From assembly GCA_003427395.1 (NCBI GenBank), contig BFEA01000007.1:2682625-2746624 (forward strand): DNA of 64,000 nt. Direction: 5' to 3'. The translations under genes and the position numbers were made by a program. Positions 46,231 to 58,899 of this stretch are shown here, piece by piece (the stretch's first letter is position 1; each line of letters starts with the position of its first letter). Source of the stretch: Chara braunii. Its lineage: Eukaryota > Plantae > Charophyceae. Below the pieces are notes generated by a model. The model made no database searches and was not told the origin of the DNA. It saw nothing but the letters and a program-made list of their open reading frames with translations.

Positions 46231-49200
46231 GATTGTGGTATGTAACGTGTGATAAATTGAGAAGAACTGAGGGAACAAATGATGAAAGACCATTATTGGG
46301 TCGAATTGCGTCACATCCCAATTGAAATCCAGGCCGCGTTCATTCACGATTTTGGCCAGCAATACCGTATTGTGGATTTCATTAATCCTTTGCCCTCCTA
46401 TGTTGCTAAAAGGGATGACTACTTGATGCTGACCCTTGATCTCCCCAAGGACCACGTATTCTCACTGGATGATGTAATTCTCTTCAAAATGGGGGGTCGG
46501 ATTCATCAGATTCACACTGCTCATAAGTTTAGGCCTTGGTGTTTCAAATGCAAGGCTTACGATCATCTTCACACGGACTACGCCTGCTCCCATCATCCTC
46601 AGCACGCGATTCATCCGGATCTGAGACTCAAAAGAGACCCACAAAGACCTAACAGATGGATCCCCGTGGTAGCAGGGTATGAAGGTTGGGTCTATAGAGA
46701 GGATGTGAATCCCTCAGGGCAACATGTGGGTTGGGTGTGGGAAGGGAGGAGTGATGTCCATAAGACACCCCGTCCTCCTGCAGATTGGATTCCCCCCCAA
46801 CAATCGCATCAGCATACACATGGCCAACCAAACAGACAAGGAGCGTCCTCAAACGGACGCTCAAGGAAGCCTGGAAACAAGGAACATATGCAGCACAGCA
46901 AGCGTGAAGGTCACAATCACCCCATGGAGTCTGAGGGAAGTGAATGATGTGAAAAAGGGGAGGATGGCGGATTGGAGAGAGTGGAGAAAGGGGAGGGAGG
47001 TGGAAACAGCCAGAAACTCAATTCTGGAGGAGTGGTGAGAATGGAGGAAAATAAAAACAGTCAGAAATTGAAATCGAATTCCCCTGTACCCTCCACTGGC
47101 TCATTGGGTGCTGGATTCTCTCTGGGTCCTAACGCGAGGGACTACATACCAAAGAACATTTCAACTTCAGAATGGCGGGTGGTCAAAAGGAAAGGTCCTT
47201 AGAGCACTGACCAGAATGCAATAACTAAGCAGAATACAGGCGCAGTGATTAACACAGGTGAGGAAAGCGAGAGGAAAGGTGGGAAGAAGGATGAGTCTCC
47301 AGAAAATGTAATATCCTCTCCAGAGACTGATGTAGTCCCTATGGAGATAGACCCCTTCAAGATTGCTTTCGTGTCCGATCTAATGGAAATTGAAATTTTT
47401 CATGCCTCTATGCCTCCCCCTTCCCTGAACTCGGACAACATGTCGTCGTTAACAGTGGACCATAATTCGACAGTATGTAAAATTGCGGATTGGTTTTTGT
47501 ATCATTTGAAAGAGAATCATCCTTAATTAACAACTGTTCACTGATCTCAAATTTTCGACGAACAAATCATCCTTCTGGAGAATAGTGAAAGTCTAATTTC
47601 CTTTTTGAAACAAGGTCCGATTAGTGGTTTATCGTGGGAAGATATCAGTTCCAAGTTACTCACAATTGTCTCTTCGAGATCACTGTCTGCTGAGGGAAAT
47701 ATCCACGTTGATTCCACTCAGATTGTTGGGGGAAATATGTCAGTTGTTCCCACTCATTTTTCTGGATCCGGTCCCCCCCCCCCCATATATGAAGGAAGTG
47801 ACTGAACTTGATGATACGGGGAGGGATCCTGGTAATGAGAATCAGTTGCGGCAGCCATTGTCGCAATGCCCATCAGGGAATAGTAACCCATCCTGTTTCA
47901 AAGAAATTGGGGGAAATATGCCAGTGGTTCCCACCCATTTTTCTGGATCCGATCCCCCCCACACACATATGAAGGAAGTGGCTGAAGTTGATGATAGGGA
48001 TCCTGGTAATGACAATCAACTACGGCAGCCATTGTCGCAGTGCCCATCAGGGAATAGTAACCCATCCGGTTTCAAAGAAATTGTATCTACCCTCACCGGG
48101 GAAAAAAAAATCCTGCTCATCAATTATCAGTCCCGCTCAGCCACCCCTGAGAAACATAGTCAAGGGTTGATTGAGTGGGACCCAAGGTCTGTGATCCCAC
48201 ATCCGGTTTTGTCGACCATCGCTACTGAGTCTGAGCCATTTATTGAGACCGAGCACGCATCTGTTCAGCCTCTCCCCCTCGTGATTAAAAGGGGGGGAAG
48301 CAGTATAGATACCTGTTTCACAAATGGTTTGGATGAACTAGATAAGAACGCCTCAGGCAACGAGTCTGCCCAGGCATCTACTATCTGCAGTAAGACAACT
48401 GAGTCAGAAACCAGTGATCTCATAAATGAAAAGGACTGTGGAAATGGGAACAGAGATATGGTTTTCATGGCTCCTCCTCGGTTGGAAGGATCCATAAGGT
48501 TTTCCATGCAGAGCAACAAAGTTCACAAGTGGTGGATCTCACTGAGGATCTCCCGGAAAGTTATCTGCCAGGACCCACTGATTTGCCTCACCCCACTCTA
48601 CTACCTCCTCCTCTGGAATCTGAGCTCACCTCTAAGAGGCAAAGACTGAAGCACCGGTTGGCGAAAGGCCAAGGGCTTTTACTGCCTGCAAAGACTGGAA
48701 TTGTCCTTCTTCCAGTTAGACGGAAATACGAAATCTGGGAAGTGGGATTGTCCGAGCCCCATGAGACAATATATGGAGAAGTTACTATTTTGAGAACCAT
48801 ATCCCCCTTTCTGTCACCTGCCACTGATGCAGGGCGGCTAGCAGGGAAACCTCTCATCAGGCAGGAAATATATAAAGTTATCAAAAAGCTCCTCCCCCCT
48901 GGTGGCACTGCATCCTTGGTCTTAAAGGGAGGAGAACAGGGCCTGGCAGATTGGGACGTCTTACTCAGGTATGAGGCCAATAAGCAAACAAAGCTGAGAT
49001 GGCTTAACCAAGACCTTCTGGCTTAACCAAGACCTTCTCATGGACCACTGGACGTAGGTCAGTGGGTAGACCTGAAAAATAACTCACATATCTAATTTAT
49101 CAATTAATCTTATTAATCTTATAATGGGTTAGTCGTTTTTTTTGCTGAATCAATGGATAAATATCGATTAATTGACGCCCTGTACAATAGAGATAAAACA

Positions 49201-50330
49201 TGGAAAGCTACCAAAAGGCAGACAGACCTAGACTTGAGGTCACTCAACGTTAATGGTCTGGCTTCAGCTAATTTTGAAAAGAGACAAGCAATCTACGATC
49301 AACTTCAAGGAATAGGAGGAAGGGAATGACCAGATGTTATATGTATTCAGGAAACCCAGCTACTGGACTCGGTCGCCCATGATCATTGCCACAGACACAT
49401 CTGGCCCCACACTGCTTTCCGGACCCATGCACCGCGTCCTGGTAGTGCTGGTGTGGCGATTTGGATCCCGCCAGGATCCAAAGTAGATCCTGTCTACTGG
49501 GAAGTTGATAAAGAGGAAGGAAGATGGACATACATACTTGCGATGTTAGACCTAGAGATCGTGGTCGTTTTATGTGTTTATGGACCTAATGAAGCAGGAA
49601 ACCGACAACGTTTCTTCGGTTCTCTCATTCCTAAGCTTCCTATTGGGATCCCAGTAATCATAGCAGGCGACTTTAATGCTGCCCCAGATCGTTCCTTGGA
49701 TCGCTGACGCATTCCGGACCCATGCCCGGATTACGTGGCAGCAGACGAAGCCATGATGACTAATCTCACTCAAACCTTCAACCTCTTTGATTCATTTAGA
49801 AGACTTAACCCTACACTTCGTATCTTCTCATGCTTTAGAAAAAATCAGTCTATGACAGTTTCTAAATCAAGGATTGACTTGATCCTTCTCTCCGAAGATC
49901 TGGGGGGTGCAGTACAAACAACTAAAATTTTCCCCAGAAGTCCTCTTCCAGGCCTAGACCACGCTATGTGTACAGTCCTCCTATCCTTTTCCAAAAAGCC
50001 AGACCAGGGCAGAGGTTACTACAAATTAAACACATCTCTACTAAAAATAGAAAGATTTAAATTTTATCTCAAGGATGTTTGGGGCTATTGGCATCAACAG
50101 AAGAATCTCATTCATGATAACATCAAGTGGTTCAACAACGGTCTAGTGTTCCTAGGTTGTAAATGCAATGAATACTCGAAGCTTTTGGCAGTAGAACGCC
50201 ATTCCAATGAATCAAGACTCTACCAACGTATTCACGAATTACAATTACTTAAAAATAATTCAAATAATAATGAAAATGATGAAACAATTGCTCAGGAAAT
50301 TCAGCAGTTGAGACTCACCCTTGCCTCCCT
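46231..50330 (+). mobile_element. L1-clade LINE A, 5'-truncated 5' half (ORF1 with CCHC knuckle; ORF2 APE endonuclease)
   Basis: WCFKCKAYDH...C knuckle; RSLNVNG, CIQET, CVYGPN, AGDFNA, KSRIDLI, LDH and YKLNTSLL. Confidence 0.92.
47726..48083. repeat. ~181-bp tandem duplication in LINE A ORF1
   Basis: TTGGGGGAAATATG...TTCAAAGAAATTG occurs twice. Confidence 0.9.
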
Positions 50331-52200
50331 GTATCACCGCCCCCATCTGCTACATCCCCTTGTTGTGCAACTTGTCCTTGTCCCTTGATTCCCCTTTCTG
50401 CACCACCCAGTTGTTCCCTTGTCTCCTGCTGGAGACCAATCGTACCCCCTTGTGACGTCCCCCCCCATCCACTTTTTCCTTTTGCGGCGCAACTTGCTCC
50501 CATCCCTTCATTTCCAACGCCGCAAAGAGGTCGGCATCCCGAACCGTAGTTTTCTTAATCCCATTCCCTAAACTTTGTTTCCGATACGCAGGGACCAGTT
50601 TTGATGCTTTTGCGAGTTTTTTTTGGGGGGGGGACTTCCTGCCATATTCCCTTTACTTCTGTTCCTTTAAAGAAAACCTCTGGTCGAGGTTCCTGCATCT
50701 GTCCCGAGGTGGGGGGGTCTGGGTGGTCATGCTGTGTGCCCAAGTGTTCTTCAACTGAGTATGGGGATATCCAATGGTCCGGAGGCTTACTCTCCAGGAC
50801 CACCTCCTTCTTTCTCTCTTGTTCCCACCCTCTGATCCCACCTCCTGCTTTGAGTTCATCGATATATACCCAACCCTCATCGCCTGGGTTAACCATTTGC
50901 CAATGTGTGGCTCAGTATGGGTCTTAGAGCAAGTGACCGGTGGTTTTCATACGTTTGGCTGGATGGTGGGGGCAGTCAGTGTCTGAAACGCTATGACCGT
51001 ATTGTTGACATTTAAAACACCACAGCCTCCGTTTATGGGCCATGTGAATTTTAAAGTCCTTGCCCCCTATTCTAAAAGGTATAACATCGTCGATCTGAAA
51101 GATACACTCCGACAAATCCAATGCCAACATTAGATAATCGTCTTGCGGTGTGACATACGTCTGAAGAGGGTCTATAAAGTCGACAATGTCATATTTTTGT
51201 GCCAGATCTTGAACAAATGCAGTCGGTTTTTCAATCGGTACATGCCTGTATTCAACCCAGTAATAGTCAACGATGAGCTGATCGCGTCTCTCCTCCCTTC
51301 TTTGTTGTCTCTGGGGGCGACCATGGGTAGATCAGGACCTCAGACCGTCCACAAAACATACTATGTCACGTGTCCATCAGTCTCTTGTCAGCATCGAACA
51401 TGGTGATGACTGTGAATACTGACAACGAGACCGGCTGTATCAAGAAGTAATCCCTGCCCCCCTCCTCATTCTCTTTGAGGGCCGCGAGTATTTTCCGGAT
51501 CAAGCCGATCTCATCATTGGAAAACTTGTGCAGCATCGTCCTAAAAGACCCAATTGCTCGCATGGCTTGTGTAAAGCTAATCCCGCTCATGGATTGTGGC
51601 TGCAGGCAATGTTTCAACTTGGATCTTCTTACCCCCATAATGGACCAGCCAGTCCTCTGAATTAGTGAGGAGCCCGGAGAGAAAGTATGCGCTGGCTGTT
51701 GTGGTGTTTTCAAGGGGGATCTGCCATGTCCGATCTCCGGTTTCCTTTCCCCCCCGCTAGATTGTCAAAGATTCGCCGTTGTACACACGCTTCACCTTGC
51801 CCGCTCAAGAGGTGGACGAAGAACCCGGAGTCGCTTGTGACTCTATCCGTTCTTTGGTCGCCTGCAGTTCTTTTAAAAGTTGTGCAGGCGAGGTTGTCGT
51901 CTTTTGCTGCTGTTGTTGTTGTTCGCCGTAATTTGTCATGGAAGTGTCCAGTGTATGTTACATTCGTGAATAAGCGTGTTCTTTTCGTTTGGCCGGGTGG
52001 TGCATTGCCCCTTGGTAGAATATTATTTTTACGCCCGGTCATTTTTCCGTCTTCCTTCGCCGTTATGTTGTCGGGGTGGGCTGCCTTTTCTTTACCTGTC
52101 CTTTCCTTGCCCCTCCTGCTGTGTTTTATGTGGAAAAAATGCTGCCTACCCGGGGGGAGGCCTACCGCCAGGTGATGGGGGGTGCGACTGTAGAGATAGA
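50327..52200 (-). mobile_element. L1-clade LINE B, 5' part (ORF1)
   Basis: IDDVIPFRIGG...AHKRRLWCFKCQQYGH...CPHHP is homologous to LINE A ORF1. Confidence 0.85.
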
Positions 52201-52209
52201 AAATTTGTC

Positions 52210-52349
52210 TTCTAGATTGATCCCATGTGTCTGGCAGGTCTGACCCTGGGAAGGGGAGAAAAAGGAAAACCCGAGTTCGACAACAGTTCCTCCCCAGCTC
52301 TTGCCCCCCAATGTAAGCACCTCCTTTCCATGAGATATGGACTATCCGT

Positions 52350-52388
<39 letters not shown>
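52210..52388 (+). mobile_element. Short poly(A)-tailed retroposed fragment (possible LINE 3' end)
   Basis: About 140 bp followed by a ~38-nt poly-A. No TSD identified. Confidence 0.35.
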
Positions 52389-52709
52389 AGTCAATCAAGG
52401 GTCAAACAATTATGCATGTGGGGTCATCCAATCAGAGAGTGGGAAGGGTCAAGAAAGGGCTGGGAGAGGAGGTGGTACCGACAAGGATTGATGATGCCCT
52501 TCACCGTCGTGACAACTCTTCCTTCCTCCTCCACCGTATGATGTTCTTCATACGGAGCCCCGTGAGGAGGAGGGTGGTATACCCTCTTTTATCTGTTCTC
52601 CGCTGGTTCGTCTTTCGTGTGTGCTCGCCAATTGTTTGGATCGTCACGCTCCTTCCTTCTCCATATGCAGGATCTCGCCGCTCTTTGTCCTCCACTCGTT
52701 GTTGTGTCT

Positions 52710-52870
52710 GGCCGCTCTCACCACTCCTTGTCACCGGTCTTGGTGTTCTTTTGCCTTTCTCACATCCCCTTAGAAACCCTGACTCCTAACGGCCGCTCTC
52801 ACCACTCCTTGTCACCAATCTTGCCGTTCTTTTTGCCTTTCTCACATCCCTTTAGAAGCCCTGACTCCCA
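52710..52870. repeat. ~81-bp tandem duplication
   Basis: GGCCGCTCTCACCACTCCTTGTCACC...CCCTGACTCC occurs twice. Confidence 0.85.
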
Positions 52871-54162
52871 ACTTCCTTCATTCTTTGACCCCTTTCTTCA
52901 ATCAAATTCCCACGTGTACAGCAGCGAACCTGGAAATTTCACTGACTCATCACCCCCTATTTTTTGTCTTGGTCATGACCGTTTGCCACAAGAGCACCTC
53001 ACCTTCCAGGTTCATGCCCTTTTCCCAGAGTCTACGGGCGGGTTACATAGTCACCGCCCCCGGGGGACACTACTTAATATGGCACCTCCACATGTCACCT
53101 CTTCTTCTTCCCCCCTAGCCTCTCCCCGTCACACGAGGATGGCGGGTTAGCCCGCGCGCCCACTTGATGCAACCCCGACAACTCCTGCGATGAACGCCCC
53201 GACAACTCCGCGCGCACGAGGATGGCGGGGGTTTGCTAGACTTTCCCTGTCAGACTCTCACCTGGTGGCACTTCGAAGATGTGCGCCCCGGCCGCCGTGA
53301 ACCCGTCACGGTGTTAGCGCAAGGCGGCGCTCATCAGCATGGACATAAGCTTGGTCATCCCTCCCAAAACTTTCTCCAAACAGATGTGTGGGATTCAAGT
53401 AGACTTTTTGCTCCTGTTTTCACATGATGACAGATTAATGATAATGACTTTCCAAAGGAAACTTCGAGTGAAGAATAGGCTACGCATACTTAAGGGGGAC
53501 CCGTGAGCGGCGAGATTGAACATTGTGCTTTCCATTTTGTTAAGTGTTTGACAACATTGAGGGTAATTGAGTCGACATCTTTTCGCCGTGAGCATGGTTT
53601 CTCATTCATGCATGAAGTCTGCCATTGGGGAAGTGTGATGGGGCCTGAAGGGCACTAAGGAGAGAGGGGCCACTGAAGCGAGGGAGAAAGAGACTGTATA
53701 GAGAATGGGAGAGTCATCAGTCTTAGTGACTATATCAGTGTCACCAGTCCTAGTGACCGAATAGCCAGAGAATGAGAGATATTATTTATATCAGGGATGT
53801 AGAGAAAGATAGTTGGACGAGATTATCATGGGGGCACAGTTGGATCACAAATTGCGAGCATTTAATGCAACTACATATAGTTTTCCCTTGCCGACAATCA
53901 ATCTGGCAACACCAGAAAGCACTCGCAACTGCTACTGTGAACCCAGGACACCACATTCAATAATGAAATAGAACGGGACATGAAAGTTGACCACGGTCAA
54001 TGAGACTTATCACTGCAGGACCTCGCCCATTTTCGAGAAATGCCATTGAGGGCATTTGCACATTAGGACTTGTTTCGATTGAGCTCTGGACATGATTGCA
54101 GTCAAATGCATCCTGCTACGACCCTAATTGCGGTCAGGTACGTTTAGGAAAGTGCTAGTGTG

Positions 54163-55120
54163 TGCAATCAGACTTGTCTTTACCTCACGTTTAACATGGA
54201 TGCATGCAGCTGGCGATGGCAACATAAACTTCCACAAATGCAGAATCAGCAACAGACTTGAGATGCCGTAGTGCGCCCACACAAAAAACTCAGAGATATG
54301 GCCTTCGACCAGGAACTCGACTCAAAACAACGCCTGTCTGGAATTCCCACCCGAACAATGTATCCACCGCCAGACACACTCACATGCACGTACACACACA
54401 ACACTTGGATTTACCCTGAATGTTTGCACATACACACACGCTAACTACTACTGGCGGCTATGGCCGCCGTCGTCTTCCTCCTCTCTAGCGGCTATGGCGG
54501 CTTGTACTCTTCCACCTTTGGGCTCTCTTGCTGACCACCGGTGAACTCAACACACAAGTCACTCGAGCAGCGCTTCCGGGGAGTTCCCCGGATAATGAGT
54601 GAATGACTGATCACCGCCTCCCTTTTTATACTGTTTCGTTTGGTGGTTTGGGCCTGCCCGATGTCCCAGGCCCTCAAGATGCGCAGTCCCACTCCAGTAC
54701 TTGCTGCAAAATGAACTGGACTGGCATTGCCCTTTCACTTGCCCCTTCCTTGTTGACTTGGGACTCTTGACCTTTCAAAGATTGACGAACTGCCTTTTCA
54801 ACCTGCGAGAGGTCAAGTTGACTCTTCGAGCACTACTCTAGCCACGACCTACTGACCTTTCAGAGGACGTATGGCCAGTTGACCTTCTGAAAGGTCAACT
54901 ATAAATTTGCCATTTTCGAAAACTTAAAGACAACCCGTAAGACTTCTAAACAACTAATCTACGGATCAAATCCACATAACCCTAGCTGCACACACAAAAC
55001 ATTTGTACATGGTTTTAGGGACATGTCGCAGGTTCAAAGCACACAGGGTCAACGAGCAACTATACAGTGGGCTAGGGAAGGTATGGGATCGAGTCCTGGT
55101 ATCTGCGATGTTGCGCGAAC
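54163..55120 (-). repeat. 3' LTR of element C (PPT side deleted)
   Basis: Begins TGCAATCAGACTTGT like 62193 and stays colinear to ...ATGTTGC..GAAC. Confidence 0.9.
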
Positions 55121-55124
55121 TTTG

Positions 55125-58100
55125 ATGCATGAAAAATCGGATATGTATCGAGGTGAGTTGGAATTTCTATCGTATATGATGGTCCATCTTCTCCACCTTT
55201 GACTTCTAGGATAGGCCACGACCCTCTATACGCGAGCAAGAGTTTTTGTGAGATGTCTTCTTCTGGTACAAATTCCTTTGACTTGACCCAGACTCAGTCG
55301 CCTTCTCTGAACTGCGAGGGTATGAGATGCTTATTCATTTGTTCAATCATGCGATGCTGGGTTTTTCTAAGGTTTTCGATTACCTTTTCAACTTCCTTCT
55401 CGTGCTGCAGAGCAATCTCTCTTGTGTCGGGAGGTAACCTCTGAATCTGGTCCCGGTTCAGTCCTTTAAACATCCTACGTGGTCTAAAGACTCTAAAGGA
55501 CTTATGTAGCTCGTTAGGAGTTATGGAAGTAGCTAGGTGTACACTATTATCATAGGCACTAGCTACTTTAGGAAGCATGTCATCCCAATTCACTTGATCG
55601 GGTCTAACAGACATTCTAAGTAACTACTGCAAGATTTTATTCATTTGTTCAGTCGGACCGTTTGTCTCTGGATGACGACCTGGCAACATCGACAACTTAG
55701 AGCCGTAGACTTCCATGAGATTTTGCCTGTTCTAGCTGGTAAACCGTGTATCTCTGTCAGTAACTATTGATAGTGGTATGCCATCCTCACTTACCTAGAA
55801 GTAAAGAACTCTATAACTAATTCAGTCTTTGCCTCTACAAACAATGGTACGAAGATCGCATATTTGTTAAATCGATCTATTACGACCATGACTAGATTTT
55901 TTCCATGCCTACTCCTGACCCTTGTATCCATGAAGTCAATGGACACAAAGTCTTCGAGCCCTGTTGGGATAGGCAACATTCTCAGAAGACCTACGGGTGC
56001 GCTTGTCGTTGTCTTGTTGCGCTGGCAGACTTTACAACTACGACCATATTCTATAGTCTACTTTCATGCCAAGCCACGTATATGGCATCGATAGGCTGGC
56101 TAATGTCTTTTGTCAGCCAAAGTGTCCTTCGGTATCATGGTTTTCCCCTAAGATCAAAATGCGGATCTCTTCACTATTGGGGACGCACAATCTATCAATT
56201 ACATTGGTCTTCTCAAAGAGTAGCCCGTTTGTGGTTTTGTAATTTGGTTCACTATCAGGAGTTTACTTAACATTTTTCAGGAGATCACTATAGATCAGGT
56301 CCTGAGCGTATGCATCTTTTATTTTCTGCTCTAGACTCGGATCTACCCCTATGTCCAAATAATGCATGATTGCTCCAAAGCTGCGTTGCCACTTGTACGC
56401 ACCCTCATACGAATACGGATCCATACTCTTGTACTCGTACGCTACTTGTACACTAGGGGGCCCGTACAAGTTTTTTTTTTTCCTTCTTTTTTATAAATCC
56501 GGTATTGTGTTTATTTGTTTTCTCAAATTCAAATAAGAATTTGAAGATGATGCTCAACCAAATGTTGCTTGTTTTGTGCTGTTGCATCACATTTTTTTTT
56601 TTTTTGCTTTTTCATACGGGGGCGTACAAGACGTACAGGTTCCCGTACAGGTTCCCGTACAGATCCCGTACATAAATTACATGTACGTTTCGTACGGAAA
56701 GCCTCCGTACGTGTACTCTATGCAACGTAGCTCCAAAGTAATCAGCCCGTTTACTTAGAGCATCGACTAGCACATTATACTTGTCTTTAACAGGCTTCAA
56801 CTCAAAGTCAAACTGGTCTATCTTTGCTGCTCACCTAGTCAGTTTGGGCGTTCATCTTGACTTGCGTTTTAAGTCATCTCAGACTTTCATGATCTGAGTA
56901 AACTTTAAAGTGCCTCCCAAGCAGGTAATGTCTCCAATGAGCTAATGTCTGCCTGAGAGCGTAGAGTTCTCTATCGTACGTCGAGACTGCTAATTTATCT
57001 GAAGGCAACCTATATGACATGAACTCTACGGGTCTATAGCCATCGCCGTCATTTTGCTATAACAAAACGCCTATGCCATATTGGTTTGCATCTGTCGTGA
57101 CGATGAAGGGCAATGAGGGATAAGCTACCTTGAGAACAAGATATTCTACCAAAGCCCTATTTAATTTCTTTAGGTTCGAGGTACTGTCTTTGTCCAACTT
57201 CCCTATCGCTTCGTTTTTTAGGAGTCTGTGAAGGGGAGCAACGACAGTGGAGAAGTTTCTCACAAACTTTTTGTAGTAGTTGGTCAATCCTAAAAACGAT
57301 CACAACTCAGTCAAGAGTATGAGGAACTAGTCAGTCTCTAAATATATTGTCGTCCTCTGGTTTGATGCCATCTCCGTTTAACATGTGGCCCAAGTACAAG
57401 ACTTCTTGGCCCACTCACACTTTTTCGCGTTAATCTCGAAGTTGGATTCCCTCAGTTTCTCTAAAATATGCCTGAGTTGGTCCTCTTGTTCTTGAAGGGA
57501 CTTGCTAAAAACTAGAACGTCATCTAAATATACTATGACGAATTTTCTAACCAATGTCTAAACAAGTCATACAACGCCGAAAGGTGGTTGGTGCATTAGT
57601 TAGTCTAAAGGGCATCATTATAAACTCATAACGCCCATATCGGGTCTGGAATGTCATCTTATATTGGTGATCAAGATAAACATTCATCTGATCGTATCCT
57701 GACTTTAAATTTATCTTCGTAAAATACTTGCAGCCTTGCACCTAAGGTAACAGATCGTCTATGTGGGGCAATGGTTCTGCATTCTTGACAGTTATTGCAT
57801 TCAGACTCATGTAGTCTATGCACATTTTAAGTTCTCTCTCTTTCTTGGTGACAAACAGAACAAACGCTCCAAAAGGAGATGAATTGAGTCTAATCCATCC
57901 TTTCTCTAGAAACTCGTCTAATTGCTTGTGTAACTCCTCTAATTCCTTGGGAGACATTCTATAGATTGCTCCCTTAGGCGTTTTACTGCCTGACTCTATC
58001 TCTATGCGGTGCTGAATTGACCTTGGTACTACCCAGAGGGTGCTTCAACTATATCCGCATATTCTTTGACCAAATTGACGATAGTGGGATGGACCTTATC

Positions 58101-58663
58101 TTTCTCTTTTGGCTGGTCAGATGCTAGCTTTACATACGCTATATAGACATGTTCTTCGAGTTGTTCCTTCTTTACGAATCTGGCAAAGGCAGGAGCACTA
58201 AGGCAACAATGTGTCAAGGAGTTGTCAACTCCATACAGATGGAATAGACGGGTTTTCTTGATCTCACGTGAGGGAGTAGGGAGTTTTCCTCATGCTAACA
58301 AAAGTACAAAGTGGCTCCAGCTGCCTCACCCCAATTAGTACCAAGTACTTTGTTGAAGGGGAGGTTATCTTCTACGAGTAGAGTTAGGGAATGAAGAATC
58401 TTCTCTACCTTTCCCTCTCCTTCTAGGCAAAAAAACGTCCGGACTCCCTCGACATACTCCTCGATCGGCATGGTGCGGTTATCAGTGAGGATACTGACCA
58501 CAGGTTCTTCCAATTTTTTGACTTTGAGGCCTAGCCTCAACTTCTTCAGCACCTTACGACTGATGTAACTTCTAGTGGGCCCACTATCTATAAGGGCCCC
58601 TACTCTAGATCTAGAGACCTCTACATCTTCTAACAACAACTGCCCTTTCTCACTTTTCTTCAT
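55125..58663 (-). pseudogene. Gypsy pol pseudogene of element C
   Basis: Protease ALIDSGPTRSYIS; RT YRMSP, MCIDY, MPFRLTNAP, VYLDD; RNase H VTTDANQYGIG; integrase VSIDFMD, IVTDRD. Confidence 0.95.
56381..56730. mobile_element. 350-bp hAT-family MITE inserted in pol
   Basis: 8-bp TSD CTCCAAAG on both sides, TIRs CTGCGTTGC / GCAACGTAG, and CGTAC subterminal repeats. Removal restores ALSKRADYFGAIMHYLD. Confidence 0.93.
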
Positions 58664-58899
58664 CTTGGCCTAGACTGACCATCTTTCTTTGAGCTCTTTG
58701 GCGAGGCCTGTGAGGGAAGCACCTAGAGAGACTCTAACACAAAGAGTCTCTGGGCAGCTAGGTGCTGGCCAGCAACCTCTTCCATGGACACATATGGAGT
58801 GAAAGTTTATACTTCGCGCGCGCGCTCATCTCCTCTCATAGGGTAGGGGCAATTGCTACCTCTATCGATGGTTGCCTTTTGCTGGCCCAGATGCCGCGC

